Under the pieces are notes generated by a model. That model was not told the DNA's origin and did no database searches. It was given only the letters and a program-made list of their open reading frames with translations. From NCBI RefSeq assembly GCF_006345805.1, contig NC_042997.1:140864001-140928000 (forward strand): a stretch of 64,000 bases of DNA, read 5' to 3'. This document shows, piece by piece, positions 37,951-51,419 of the stretch. The position numbers were made by a program, and so were the translations under genes. The DNA is from Octopus sinensis. Lineage: Eukaryota. The first letter of the stretch is position 1. Every line of letters begins with the position of its first letter.

Positions 37951-40900
37951 TCCGTTGGTGTTCCAGTTTTAGTTTGGATTTCAGTTGTTTTTAACAGCTT
38001 TTGTTGTTTCTTCTTTTCCTTCATAGTTGTTAGGTGCTATGACTTCTTTTTTTGTATTTGTCTGCTTCCTTAAAGGCCGAAAACAGTTTTTTGTTTTGTT
38101 CGTGTATTGTGGCTATATTCATGTATTTAATTCTCCCCTCTCTCTCTCACTCTGTCTCTATGTGTATATTTATGCGTGCGTGTATGTGCTACGCCCAGTC
38201 CCAAAAAGTACTGTCGCTAAAGCAGGTTCTATATCCAGTCTGCCGCGACGAATACACAACCCCATGTCCCAAAAGCGGTGTTCAACCGTCTCGTCTCGAT
38301 TTAGCCGCAGGTTATTTGGGAGGTAAAGTAGGTGGGGGCGAATTGTCAAAATCGTTAGTGTTTAATAAAATACCTCGATCCAGTTTTCTGATTTCAGATT
38401 CTGCTTCTGTCAACTTTGCTTTAAAGATATTGGAGTGGCAGAATATGGGTAGGGAGGATGGGGTGGGGTTTGGAAAATGTCTCGTAGTATATTCTGTAGA
38501 TCTTTACTTTCTGCTTTCAAATCCTGCCAAGATCAATCTCACCTTACATCACTCTGGAATTGATCAAATAAAGTGTCAGTGAAGTACACGGCTCGAGTCA
38601 ATCGACTAACCGTACCCCGCCACCGCAAAATTATTGAAATTATTACTTAGTCGCAAGTCAGCCCAGACCAAACAAACTCACAACGAGAAGCATTCTGGTC
38701 GCCAACGTCTAATTTTATTTTCAGGCATAATATATCCAAATCTATATCATCGAAAGCATTCTTCTCCCTTATGTATTTCGATATGATTTCAAGAAGATTC
38801 AGCTACTTCTCCAACTGGTTAATAAACAGCGAAGAAGCTTCCTCATTTACTCCATTAATAATATATATATATATTTTTAAGGGTAGAGACAGGCCAATGA
38901 CTCAGAAGATTTAGAGCTTCATTAATGTCTAAGGTTGGACATATGTTCTCACGCTCTTTTGTTATCAAATTCCCGTCATGTAACTTTTGCTTTAATTATG
39001 TTGGAAGTTTGTTTTCCTTTTTAACTGATAAAAATTGTCCCAAACCTGCTGTATGTTACAACACTGTTCCTACAATTAAATCAGGACCCAAAGCAAGTTT
39101 TAGGGGCTCAACTCCGAATGCATGGAAGTTCTGGGTTTCCCAAGTCCTCTATATATCTAGACGAGGCTCACATCCTCCTGGACATATCACTTCATTTATC
39201 GAGTCCAAATAAAAGAAAGGTAAAGTGACTCGAGAATGATTGAAAGTCCGAATGCAGAGTTAAATCGAATACCCGAAGGAAATCTATCAGATACTCCAAT
39301 TCCGTCTACTCGATATTCTTCCGACAATTCCTGTTGTCAAACTGGCGCCAAATGTACTACCCAGCATTCCTCTGGATTAGACCAACGATACCGAAAGGAA
39401 TGGACTCCGTCACGTCTAAATGCCAAAGACACGTCGTATGTCACGACGGTGCTGTTACAACTCTATTAGAACTTGAAGACCTAAAGCAAGGTAAATCAGA
39501 CAGTAATAGCGACTTCACCTCGAACGTATGGAGGTTCTGCGCAGCTAAGGACATCCATTCATTCAGCACAGGCTTGCATTCTGCAGAGATCACTTCAGTG
39601 GCATTATGAAAAGCGGCAACAATAGCATAAGAGCTAGTTGCCCTTTCTATGTTAGGTTAAACCTTTATTAACCTGTGGTAAAAAATCTCCTTGTCTCTCT
39701 CTAGACAGATACCAAAGAAAGAAAGACTCTTGTGAAAAATAATGTGAAATGTAGTAAGACTTAAATATCCATTAAAAAGTCATAACAAAATTTGTTGTAG
39801 AGAAGTTATTACAAAACGTTACAGAACATATTAATCATGTTCGTATGAAATAATTCAATAGTTTCTAACGTTTTTTATAGGAAACTATCCAACATTAAAG
39901 ATAACTTGTGAAAACATAATCACCCAATAATCAATAATTCTAAACAATCAGTCCAATATATCATTGTATTTGTATCGGTTTCAATTGATATTTCATATTT
40001 TTATCGGAAAAAAAGAACAAGACATTTAACATGATTAGCCTTACACACGTTCATAGAAGTAGCAGATCAGTATCCAATTTTCTTATTACTAACTGTTTGA
40101 TATCTTCTCGGATATAGATTTCCTATAAATTCTAATTTGCATATGGGACTCTTAACAACAACAGATGGACTTCTACATCCCTTCCCACTCCATCACATCC
40201 ACACATTTTTGTTATGTTTGAAGGTTTGATTTGTTTTCATTTTTTCGTTTCTTTTCTTTTATTTTTTTATGTCTTCACTTATTGCAATTAAATCGGTTAA
40301 AATATTGCTGAGCAATAATTTTGAAATCTTCCAGAAAAGTAGAGGAAATTCAGCATTCTTAATAGAATTAACAAATTTGTGTTTGATCAATTCTAACAAC
40401 AAATCATTAGACTTGTGATCTCAGGATTTTAAGTGATAAATATCAATATAATAAGAAATGACTAGTTAAAATCGATCCCAAATCAATCCTATAAGTCACA
40501 TAATAGGAATTTAAGAAAGGGAGAATTTAAATGCATATATCATCAAGCTATAATAAAACTCCAAATCTTCAATAAGTATTAACGAAGCTCTAAATTAGCA
40601 TTAGATATTAATGAAATACTAAAGAAAGACTTGGCGGGATCCATCCCTCTCCAGATCTGATTAGAATCAGACCTGGTGAGGGATGGGCTCCGCAGATCTG
40701 AAAATACCCAAGACTCGTCGTATGTCATTACAATGATCCTACGAATTGAAGACCTAAGCCAAAGGCTTGATAAGGTAGATGGATTACAGGCTCTACTCTC
40801 TAGTTTATTCCTGATGCAAGGCAGTGAGGTTATTTACCCATAACAAGAAATCAGTAATTCAGGACAGTGGTTCATATTAGACACCGTTTTAAATGTGCGC

Positions 40901-41592
40901 CATCTTTGATTTCCAATGTGTGATGCTGATCCCAAACAATATATACTTCTACATTTGAAATATTTATCACAAGGTTATCCGGACAGTTGTCTGGACAGAG
41001 TGTGAATCAATCTATACCATTAATAATAATGAAACGATACATACCTGTTAGCATTGAATCTTCATCTTCAGTCAGATCATTGGTTGAACTAGTTTCCAAA
41101 ATGTATGTCAACAAATATACATATCTTGATGCAAGAATTGAGAATCTCACTTAAAACGATTTATGACCAAAATTTTCCCCCACTGCAATGCAGTACAACA
41201 AAAACCGGTCCTTATATGTCTGTATGCTGCTTTTAGAACTTTACATTTTTCTTGAGTGATATCTTCCGTTGAAATTTTTATTTAGGGCAAAGAAACTTTT
41301 TTGCTTGATTGGAATTTTGTAAGAGAAGTCATTTTGTTAAACACTTCTGTCTTGAAGATAGCATTTGTTCTTGTCTCTTGGTTCTAAAATACGGACAGAG
41401 GATGCAATAGTCTCAACATCGCATTATTTATTGTCTATTGTCAGCTAGTCAACATTGGGTTTCTCGAAGACATCCAACTGGCCTGTCGACATTGTTGTTT
41501 TCTTGAGCAAGACACTTCATTTCCCGTTGCTCCAGTCCACTCAGCTGGCAAAAATTAGTAATACCTGTATTTCGAAGGGCCAGCCTTGTCAC

Positions 41593-41801
41593 ATTTGATC
41601 TGAGATCATGTGTTGAAACTAAAGCAATTACAGCGTGAAATACACAATCATTGAAAGACACACAAAAGCTGTTAACCTCACTGATGGAGTTCCACTGAAA
41701 TAGTAAATGTTTAAGTGAGGTTAACAGTTTTTGTGTCTTTCAATGATTGTGTATCTCACACTGTAATTGCTTTAGTTTCAACACATGATCTCAGATCAAA
41801 T
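41593..41801. repeat. Inverted repeat, arms of about 90 bp, related to 10167-10347
   Basis: ATTTGATCTGAGATCATGTG...GTTAACCTCACT / AGTGAGGTTAAC...CACATGATCTCAGATCAAAT. Confidence 0.9.
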
Positions 41802-42359
41802 CACCACTTGCCAGACAAGACCATCTCACAAACAGATTTTGCATCCTCATAAATGTTCTTTCTTCACCATGGGGCTGGACAAATTTGCAAGTCTAAAACT
41901 ATCTTAATTTCATAAAGATGGCGATTTGTTTGATAACCTCTTCAATCCTTACAAACCCCTCTCCTATGAGAAACATCACTCTGGGTCAACATGCTTTTTA
42001 TTGGGCTCTGATCATTGCCAACTCAGGGTAAAATCGTAATATAGTTCCGATTCTTTTAATATAATTCCATGTAGTAAACTTTTACATGAGTTTGAAATAG
42101 AAATCTAATTTAAACAAGTTCGACTTTTCACTAGTTGCAGATTCATTAAGGTTAGCCACCAAATTAGAATAGTAACCGACCCATTCAGCCGGAGATAGTT
42201 GCAATCATATTAATTCAGCCGATGGGGGAACAAATTATCGGATTTACGAATGACAAGCATTGCTGAGATATTTATTTAAATAACATTTTATGATACAGCA
42301 ATTAGAAAAATCACACACACACACACACACACACCACACACACACACACATATATATTA

Positions 42360-42585
42360 GGCGGCGAGCTGGTAGAAACGTTAGCGCGCCGGGCGTAATG
42401 CTTAGCGGTATTTCGCCTGTCGTTACGTTCTGAGTTCAAATTCCGCCGAGGTCGACTTTGCCTTTCATCCTTTCAGGGTCGATAAATAAAGTACCAGTTA
42501 CGCACTGGGGTCGATGTAATCGACTTAATCCGTTTGTCTCTCCTTGTTTGTCCCCTCTATGTTTAGCCCCTTGTGGGCAGTAAAG

Positions 42586-42590
<5 letters not shown>
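42360..42590 (+). mobile_element. SINE family B (GGCGGCGAGCTGGCAGAA...GAGGTCGACTTTGCCTTTCATCC...TAAAGAAATA)
   Basis: Many near-identical copies, e.g. 1500-1735(-), 23277-23690, 45165-45370, 62318-62560. Confidence 0.85.
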
Positions 42591-42627
<37 letters not shown>

Positions 42628-42679
42628 TCATATACGTATGTATATGCATACATATTTACACACATGCATACACACATAC

Positions 42680-42737
<58 letters not shown>

Positions 42738-43066
42738 CATGAATGAATAGATTTCAAAATAGGAATAAAGATTAGGAAAACTAATTTTGTTTTTCATAAT
42801 TGCATTTTATTTTTCTTTCGCAACTAATGTTAATATAGTTGTACTTCACTTACATAAATATATTTATTTTAGATTTATTAAAGTAGTACAGACATATGAG
42901 TGACGAAATAGATATGCGCATACTCATACAAAATATATCCACACTAGCCATACTGCTCTAGTCTAGTTCTCTATGGATATTTGTAGACTCGTTTTAAAAT
43001 ACATGTTTTTGGTATTTACACTCTCTTTCACATACTCTCTTCTTTCCATTTTCATTCTTCTTGTTA

Positions 43067-43133
<67 letters not shown>

Positions 43134-43396
43134 ATACATATATGTATACATACATACACACACATATATATATATATATACACACATATATATATAAAGG
43201 TATATGTATATGTATATATTTTTATCCAAATACATATACACTTATGCATATATATACATATATTTACAGACACACACACACATATATATAACATATATAC
43301 ATACATACATACATACACATATATATATATATTTATACTTTTAATATATATATATACACTTTTAATTCAAATATATATATACATATATATAAGTGC

Positions 43397-43443
<47 letters not shown>

Positions 43444-43569
43444 TACTTACATACACATATAGATTTACACACACATAAATACACATGAATTTATGTTTGT
43501 GCATGTAGTTGTCTATTCATGGATTGTACTGGTAAGTTATTTTCAAACGGCATACATAAAACATATATA

Positions 43570-43887
43570 TACATAGATACAAGCACATACATACATACAT
43601 ACATACATACATACATACATACATACATACATACATACATACGATACATACATACATACATACATACATACATACATACATACATACGTACGTACGTACA
43701 TACATACATACTACATACATACATACATACATACATACATACATAATACATACATACATACATACATACATACATACATACATACATACATACATACATA
43801 CATACGTACGTACGTACGACATACATACATACATACATATATACATACATACATACATATATACTAATACATACATACATACATACA

Positions 43888-43919
<32 letters not shown>

Positions 43920-44137
43920 GTACATACATACATACATACATACATACATCATACATACACATACATACATACATATATACATACATATACATACATACAT
44001 ACATAATACATATATACATACATACATACATACATACATACATACATAATACATACATACATACATACATACATACATACATACATACATACATACATAC
44101 ATACATACATACATACATACGTACGTACATACATACA

Positions 44138-44171
<34 letters not shown>

Positions 44172-44181
44172 CATACATACA

Positions 44182-44215
<34 letters not shown>

Positions 44216-44249
44216 CATACATACATACATACATACATACATACATACA

Positions 44250-44283
<34 letters not shown>

Positions 44284-44366
44284 CATACATACATACATAC
44301 ATACATACATAACATACATACATACATACATACATACATACATACATACATACATACATACATACA

Positions 44367-44400
<34 letters not shown>

Positions 44401-44540
44401 CATACATACATACATACATACATACATACATACATACATACATACATACATACATACATACATACATACATACATACATACATACATACATACATACATA
44501 CATACATACATACATACATACATACATACATACATACAGA
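43570..44540. repeat. (TACA)n microsatellite of about 1 kb
   Basis: Direct reading; source of the MYVC artefact ORFs. Confidence 0.97.
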
Positions 44541-45840
44541 CAGACATACATATATACATATATATGCATGCACACACGCATATATTTATATACATAGATA
44601 TAGATATATATAAATACATATATATATATACATATATATACACACATAATATATATATAGCTATAAATTACATATATACGCACATATATATGAAAATGTA
44701 TGTATGTGTGTGCATGCGTATGCGTTTGTGTGGTAGAATACACTTGTGCATCACGTAAACTGAAAATAAGATAAAACTTAGAAATGGAGATAGATAGATA
44801 GATAGAGAGAGAGGGAGGGAGAGTGTGTGTGTGAGAGAGAAGAGATGGCCGAACTAGAGGCCCTATAGGATGATAGCAACAACAACAATAATAACAACAA
44901 CAGCAACAACGCTGACTTGCTCATGATACACAGGTACTCTGCGTAAATACAGTCCAACGACTTAAACGAGTTATGCGCCTCTGCATTTTATTTTCGAGAT
45001 AAATTCCAAGAAACACCAGGAACAAAATCTTATTTCAAAATTGATTTTTATAACTACCTATGGTGTCATTTACAGTGAGTTCTCTTTAAGCCATGTACTT
45101 ATTACCGTATAGGGAATGCATGCGAACCACTATGATCATTATGATCACATCCTTATAAGGCGGCGAGCTGGCAGAATCATTAACACGCCGGTCAAAATGC
45201 TTAGTGGCATTTCACCCATCTTTACGTTCTGCGTTCAAACTCTACCGAGGTCGACTTTGCATTTTATCCTTTCGGGGTCGATAAAATTGGTACCAATTGA
45301 ACACTGGAATCGATGTAATCGACTTACTTCATCTCTCGAAAATGCTGGCCTTCTGCCAAAATTTGATGCCATTATGATCACCTCCTTTACAGTTGGTTAA
45401 TATTTTATAATTAAAGATAGCAATGAATGGATGATCAGTTCTCATGGCTTTAGTGGGTGGTGATATCCAACTCTTTCATACTGACGTTAGAGGAGTAAAT
45501 AAAATTGCTTTGCGAATCGAACCTAGGTCACATTAGACTTTGTGCAACAGCTTATTATTTCCTACGCCATGGCCATTGTCACATATAACTCTATGTAACA
45601 CCTCCATAACCAGAGGAAGTTCTACAGGGTCATATGGCCATCTCCAGCCCTGCAGCTTCATGTAAATATAATTATCATCTAACATTTATTTCAATTTTAC
45701 GCTTTTTGCAAATTAGATGGATAATAGTGGATTCATTTTGATGAACGAGAATCCCATCCTTGCTTAGAATCCTGGCTACGGCCATATAAAACGGTATTAG
45801 ATTGCAGAACGCCAAATATATTGGGTATTCTACAATATAT

Positions 45841-45928
<88 letters not shown>

Positions 45929-45996
45929 GTATATGTATATATATATATATAATGATAAATCTCAGAGAGAGTTATAAACAGTAGCAGCAACACATC

Positions 45997-46113
45997 GTGA
46001 CGTATATTTGCCATTTGAATATGGCTAACCCCTAAGGGTGGATGCTAGGCTACAAACTACAGTAGCATCCACTCTTAGGGGTTAGCCATATTCAAATGGC
46101 AAATATACGTCAC
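45997..46113. repeat. Inverted repeat, 51-bp arms and a 15-nt loop
   Basis: One non-Watson-Crick pair (G-T); TA repeats on the right flank. Confidence 0.9.
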
Positions 46114-46224
46114 TATATATATATATATACTTATATATATATATAAATAATATATATATATATATAATATATACATATAGATATGTCCCTGTGGCTACCC
46201 AAAGGAATCATCATCATCATCAGC

Positions 46225-46286
<62 letters not shown>

Positions 46287-46842
46287 GAAAACCATTAAGA
46301 GCTTAACTAATCGAGAGCTATACTACGTGTTGAACTTCATACGACGCAAATACACACACACACACTCATTCATGACCAATAACACTCAAACAGCTCGTAT
46401 ATATCAGGTACAGCGCATCGCTGTAACCAACGGTGACACTGAGTAACTGGCAAGACTTCAGTAATTATCTTGCTGAACATTAAGCTCAACTCCCCTTTCA
46501 GACCGAAAGATTGTAACGGAAATTTATTGCACTCCGTAGATATTTCATATATATATAGCCATCAAATGTTAATTTCACTCTTGATTTATCGTTTCATATC
46601 AGTTATAATTCATGTTGTCTGGCAAGTTATGCCATCTATTTCGTTTTACATTCTTTTCGTTTTACATTCTTTTCTTTTTACATTCATTTCGTTTTACATT
46701 CTTCATTTTACTTTTAGTCTGTTCTTTTGCTTTGCGTTTTGCATTTTGAGTTCAATACAAGAAAGTCATTAGAGGTTGAAGAAGAGAGAAACAACCTTCC
46801 AAACTAAGGGCACTAATGCTAATATCCTATCATCTGCATATA

Positions 46843-47060
46843 CTCTTTACTCTTTTACTCTTTTACTTGTTTCAGTCATTTTGACTGCGGCCATGCTGGA
46901 GCACCGCCTTTTTTAGTCGAGCAAATCGACCCCGGGACTTATTCTTTGTAAGCCCAGTACTTATTCTATCGGTCTCTTTTGCCGAACCGCTAAGTGACGG
47001 GGACGTAAACACACCAGCATCGGTTGTCAAGCAATGCTAGGGGGACAAACACAGACACAC

Positions 47061-47104
<44 letters not shown>

Positions 47105-47275
47105 CATATATACGACAGGCTTCTTTCAGTTTCCGTCTACCAAATCCACTCACAAGGCATTGGTCGGCCCGGGGCTATAGCAGAAGACACTTGCCCAAGA
47201 TGCCACGCAGTGGGACTGAACCCGGAACAATGTGATTGGTTAGCAAGCTACTTACCACACAGCCACTCCTGCGCC
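46843..47275 (-). mobile_element. tRNA-headed SINE, family A (full length, internal microsatellite)
   Basis: Head GGCGCAGGAGTGGCTGTGTGGTAAGTAGCTT with B-box GGGTTCAGTCCC and a GTAAAAGA tail. Related copies near 7950-8335, 22320-22680, 25643-26510, 32446-32850, 33422-33858 and 52470-53040. Confidence 0.85.
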
Positions 47276-47344
47276 TTATGTGTACATAATGGAAAGATTG
47301 CTAGTTACTATAAGGCCACAATTACTACATGTGTATTTGATGTT

Positions 47345-47690
47345 ATCATACGATAAGTCAAGTCTGTAGGATGATCAACAAGTGGAACATGCTTCGATAT
47401 AAAACAAATAAAATTGCATGTGTATGCGTCAGTACGAGTGGTTGTTTTTCCTGCGTGTGTATGTGGTACTGCCTGTATAGCGTTATCCAGTACACCATAT
47501 TGAATTAATGTTTCTCCCTTTATCAAATTAGGTGAATATGCTTTATATGATGGTGATTTATCTGTAAAACGGGCGCCATGGCTATGAAGACCGAATCGCT
47601 CAGTTCTACAAGCAATGAATATTGATATACTTAATTTCAAAAAGAAAGGAGCAAGAAATCTAACGAAATTTAATGGATTCAAGCCCCGCC
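47345..47690 (-). mobile_element. Penelope-like linker fragment
   Basis: GETLIQYGVL..A.QAVP and YTCNFICFISKH.PL resemble Penelope ORF motifs. Confidence 0.5.
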
Positions 47691-48065
47691 ATACGGCCTG
47701 TGGGTCATTTTCGATTTCAGATTATTAGTTTAAATGGGTATAATCTTTAATATCGTATACATTCAAAATCAATGATCTTAATTCATAATTTGCGCATACT
47801 TTCTCGTCAAAAATATCAAAACCTTGGGGATATGTCTTTCCCTATTGGACTTTAATAAAAATACTAGGCATTTGACGAATTATATAGGTGACATGCTTGT
47901 GGAGTTGAAAAATTGATGTGAGTCTGTATATATGTATATATCACCGTGATCACCGTGACCAACCAGGCTATCAGATGTTGCTACACATCGCTGGTCACAA
48001 TGTGCTTCGCATTATTTTAGCCTTCAAATGACGCCACCCTGCTGGCTAAGCGATCAGGCCAATAA

Positions 48066-48151
<86 letters not shown>

Positions 48152-48446
48152 GCATAAATGCATTTACACATGCATATATATATGTATATATATGCACCTC
48201 ACCTATATATGTATATATATATACATATATATACATATATATACATATACACACACAAACACACACACAGAGATATATATATATATATATGTATGTATAC
48301 ATATCTATATATAACTAAATTGAGTATTAAAGGATGACATACTTTCAGTATAGTGTAATTAGCCATGCATAGTTCGAATCCTTGTAGTGGGTGTCTTGTC
48401 CTTATTCGAGCAGAAGTCAGCGTTGGATAAAGGGTATGGTCTAATG

Positions 48447-48520
48447 CAGTGGTTTCCAACCTGGGGTCCGCGGACCCCTGGTGTTCCACAAAGGTAGTAC
48501 TGGGGGTCAGTGGACTAAAT
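48447..48520 (+). mobile_element. hAT-type transposon end fragment
   Basis: CAGTGGTTTCCAACCTGGGGTCCGCGGACCCC is a typical hAT terminal motif. Confidence 0.55.
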
Positions 48521-48537
48521 TCAAAAATTCATATATA

Positions 48538-48747
48538 CAGGGTGTCGCAGAAGTTACGCACCACCGTGGTTTGTTAAAAGAATACACCCTTATTGATTTC
48601 AAAAACACTTTATTGAAATTAATCGTAACAAATGCTCAAATTGAGCACCCTCTACAATAAAAAATGCAGGAAAAAATATAATAAAATACAATGCTTTAAT
48701 TGTTTTCAATGATAACCAGAATGGTGCGCGACTTCTGGGACACCCTG
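48538..48747. mobile_element. Tc1/mariner-type MITE
   Basis: TIRs CAGGGTGTCGCAGAAGTTACGCACCA / TGGTGCGCGACTTCTGGGACACCCTG in a TA context. Confidence 0.75.
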
Positions 48748-48760
48748 GTATATATATATA

Positions 48761-48792
<32 letters not shown>

Positions 48793-48826
48793 CTTTATTT
48801 AAAAGCAATCAGAAATTCAACAAAAC

Positions 48827-48864
48827 CTGTTACTCGAAGTTTCACGTTCCCGTTCGTCGGACAG
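48827..48864 (-). ncRNA. Type I minimal hammerhead ribozyme, U4C core variant
   Basis: CTGT-CCGACGA-ACG GGAA CGT-GAAA-C TTCGA GT-A-ACAG, enclosed in a longer flanking inverted repeat of about 30 bp. Confidence 0.7.
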
Positions 48865-49392
48865 CTTTGTTAAATTTCTGCTGCTTTTAAATAAAGCATA
48901 TTACTCTACCCCTGGTATTTGACTACTTTTTTTCCACCTTGTTTCACATTTATGTGTTTACTCCGGTATATATATATCAATATAAGGATACACATATTAT
49001 AAGAGGTATGTGAAAGAACTCATATAAATAAAAGGGTCGTGAATCATTGTTGAGAACCACTTTGAAACGATTGGGAATCACCTGTCTAATCTTCGATATC
49101 ATTTATTATATAAAACTCGGCTGCAAAATTATTATGTATATGAACGCAAGCAAACGCACACACACACACATACAAACCTTTTCTTTTTCACAACGAAAAG
49201 GACAAGGTCTACGTGTTTTATTGTATGATCGATTATTTGATATACTCGGCTGCTGTTTTACGTGTCACTACTCAAAGTTTCATGTAGTCTACGTTTCGTC
49301 AAGAGACAAATTTCTCAAGAAATATTTTGTTCTCTAACCCAGAGTGAATGGGTGAAACTTCGACTAGCGACACAAGAGGCATCAATCGAATG

Positions 49393-49430
<38 letters not shown>

Positions 49431-49682
49431 ATATATATAATATATTATATAATATATATAATATATAATATATATATATATATACATATACATATCTATA
49501 TACATATATGCAATTAAATATTTATACACGTTTATGTAGATTCATCTGTGTATGTGTAAATGTATACGCATACACACACACGTATATATATGTATATGCA
49601 GACGCACTGCCACACACAGATATATATATATATTATATTATATATATATATATACATACATACATATACATACATATACATA

Positions 49683-49734
<52 letters not shown>

Positions 49735-49882
49735 CTAATCTATCTTCCGTTTCCTTCATTATCGTCATTTATTACACACACACATAACAGAAAGACTAAA
49801 TACACTTTGTCATGTATGTACTTAGAATGGTCCCTCTTCATTTTTATTCTCTCATACCTGTCTGTCTGTCTGTCTCTGTCTC

Positions 49883-49982
49883 NNNNNNNNNNNNNNNNNN
49901 NNNNNNNNNNNNNNNNNNNNNNNNNNNNNNNNNNNNNNNNNNNNNNNNNNNNNNNNNNNNNNNNNNNNNNNNNNNNNNNNNN
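49883..49982. other. Assembly gap (100 N)
   Basis: Run of exactly 100 N, so it is probably a gap of arbitrary size. Confidence 0.99.
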
Positions 49983-50600
49983 AAATTGATTGTAGCAATG
50001 TCTGTTCATTGAAGATTTTAAAGTTTGGATGTTCCTGCATCATCTTACTGTCAATACCATCTGATAATACTTAACAATCCCCTTCGGGTAATCCTTGAGA
50101 AACCGTCGTTAATCTCTAACCAGGATTCTTTCGTACGGTAAAGACAGATGATATTTAAAATCTCTATATGAACGAAACATTGTGAGTGAAAGTGCGCGCG
50201 CGCGTGCATGTATTTGCGTGTGTATTTGTATGTGTGTGTTTGGTGTTTGTTTGCGTGTGTATTTATGGTGTGTGTGTGTGTTGTGAGTGCACGAATATGT
50301 TTGGAATATATATCTATGTACATGTATATACATACGTATATGTATAATATATATTATATAGATATATAGTATATATATATATATATAATATATATATATA
50401 TACTTATATACATACACCTAAGGAATATATATATATACTTATATACATACACCTAAGGATAATAAATATGCAGATATATTTGTTTTTAATATATATGTTC
50501 ATATACATAAATATATTATGTAAAATGTAAATAATATGTATTTACATGCATACATATATACACACATACATATATAATATATATATGTATTATATAAATA

Positions 50601-50646
<46 letters not shown>

Positions 50647-50784
50647 TTATATATATATATTAATATGTGAATATGTGTGAGTGTTTATATGTAAGCAAAG
50701 TACACGGTGTATGATATGTTGAAAATGTTCATCAAACGATATCCCTAAATGAATGTGATGTATGAACGAAAACCAACTTTATTG

Positions 50785-51060
50785 TCAAGGAGCGCTTGTT
50801 ACCGCGTGGCCATACCGATCAACACATAATGTGCTACCAATGTCCAGGTTGTATTGACATGTGTTGTAGCCGAGATTGAAATTCATTGAGCAACTGTTAC
50901 CCATACCACAGGCCCTCTTGTGACACGGTGGATCTGGCAAGCAGACACCATGCTGGCAGCTTCCATCTGGACAGCCGAAATGGCAATGTATTTTCGGGTA
51001 GCATATTCGGTGGTAGGCACAATATTCGTGGGGACAGCATCCTTCTGCACATGTCCGATA
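50785..51060 (-). CDS. Terminal exon of a cysteine-rich small protein (14 Cys in 91 aa): YRTCAEGCCPHEYCAYHRICYPKIHCHFGCPDGSCQHGVCLPDPPCHKRACGMGNSCSMNFNLGYNTCQYNLDIGSTLCVDRYGHAVTSAP*
   Basis: tttctctctttgcAG acceptor, non-repetitive GC-richer sequence, regular Cys spacing, TGA followed almost immediately by AATAAA. Confidence 0.8.
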   Translation of the reverse strand, partial: YRTCAEGCCPHEYCAYHRICYPKIHCHFGCPDGSCQHGVCLPDPPCHKRACGMGNSCSMNFNLGYNTCQYNLDIGSTLCVDRYGHAVTSAP

Positions 51061-51297
51061 CTGCAAAGAGAGAAATATGAAATAAAAGTTTTAGTTGATA
51101 TTACATTAAAAAGAAAATATAAAAGTAAAACGAAGATACAGTATTTACATATTACACCCATCTCTCATCTACGATAAGGCTAGTAATTTAGTGCTGTCGA
51201 CAGTTGTCAAAATTTAATGATAGTTGCCAGTAAACCAATTTTATTCCTGCTGCGGAGTAAAGATCGTATTTCTTCAAAATTATGTCAGAATCAATTG

Positions 51298-51370
51298 TGT
51301 TCTGTTGTGTAGTGGTTATCACGTCTACCTCACACGCAGAAAGTCTTGAGTTCGAGCCTCACCAGAACCT
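51298..51370 (+). tRNA. tRNA-Val(CAC), probably a pseudogene
   Basis: 73-nt cloverleaf: D arm GTGTAGTGGTTATCAC, anticodon loop CTCACAC, T loop TTCGAGC. One mismatch each in the acceptor, anticodon and T stems; no T4+ terminator directly downstream. Confidence 0.75.
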
Positions 51371-51419
51371 GTGCTAACTGTTTCTGTAATGCATTTGAGC
51401 ACTATATTCAGTATACCTA

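Noticed and set aside
38200-38430. L1/Tx1-type zinc-binding remnant (ETVEH.F) on the minus strand
   Set aside because: Too short and disrupted to support as a feature.
39500-39560. HDV-like ribozyme suggested by GCTAA after a hairpin
   Set aside because: Could not build P1, P2 and P1.1 consistently.
43491-44758. Long MYVC/HTYI ORFs up to 360 aa
   Set aside because: Translations of a (TACA)n microsatellite with no non-repetitive coding content.
50883-51161. MGVICKYCIFVLLLYFLFN as signal peptide of the Cys-rich exon
   Set aside because: Wrong frame; it would need a 44-nt intron or an indel. It is the T-rich intron end, which translates as hydrophobic by composition. Kept only as a fallback model.
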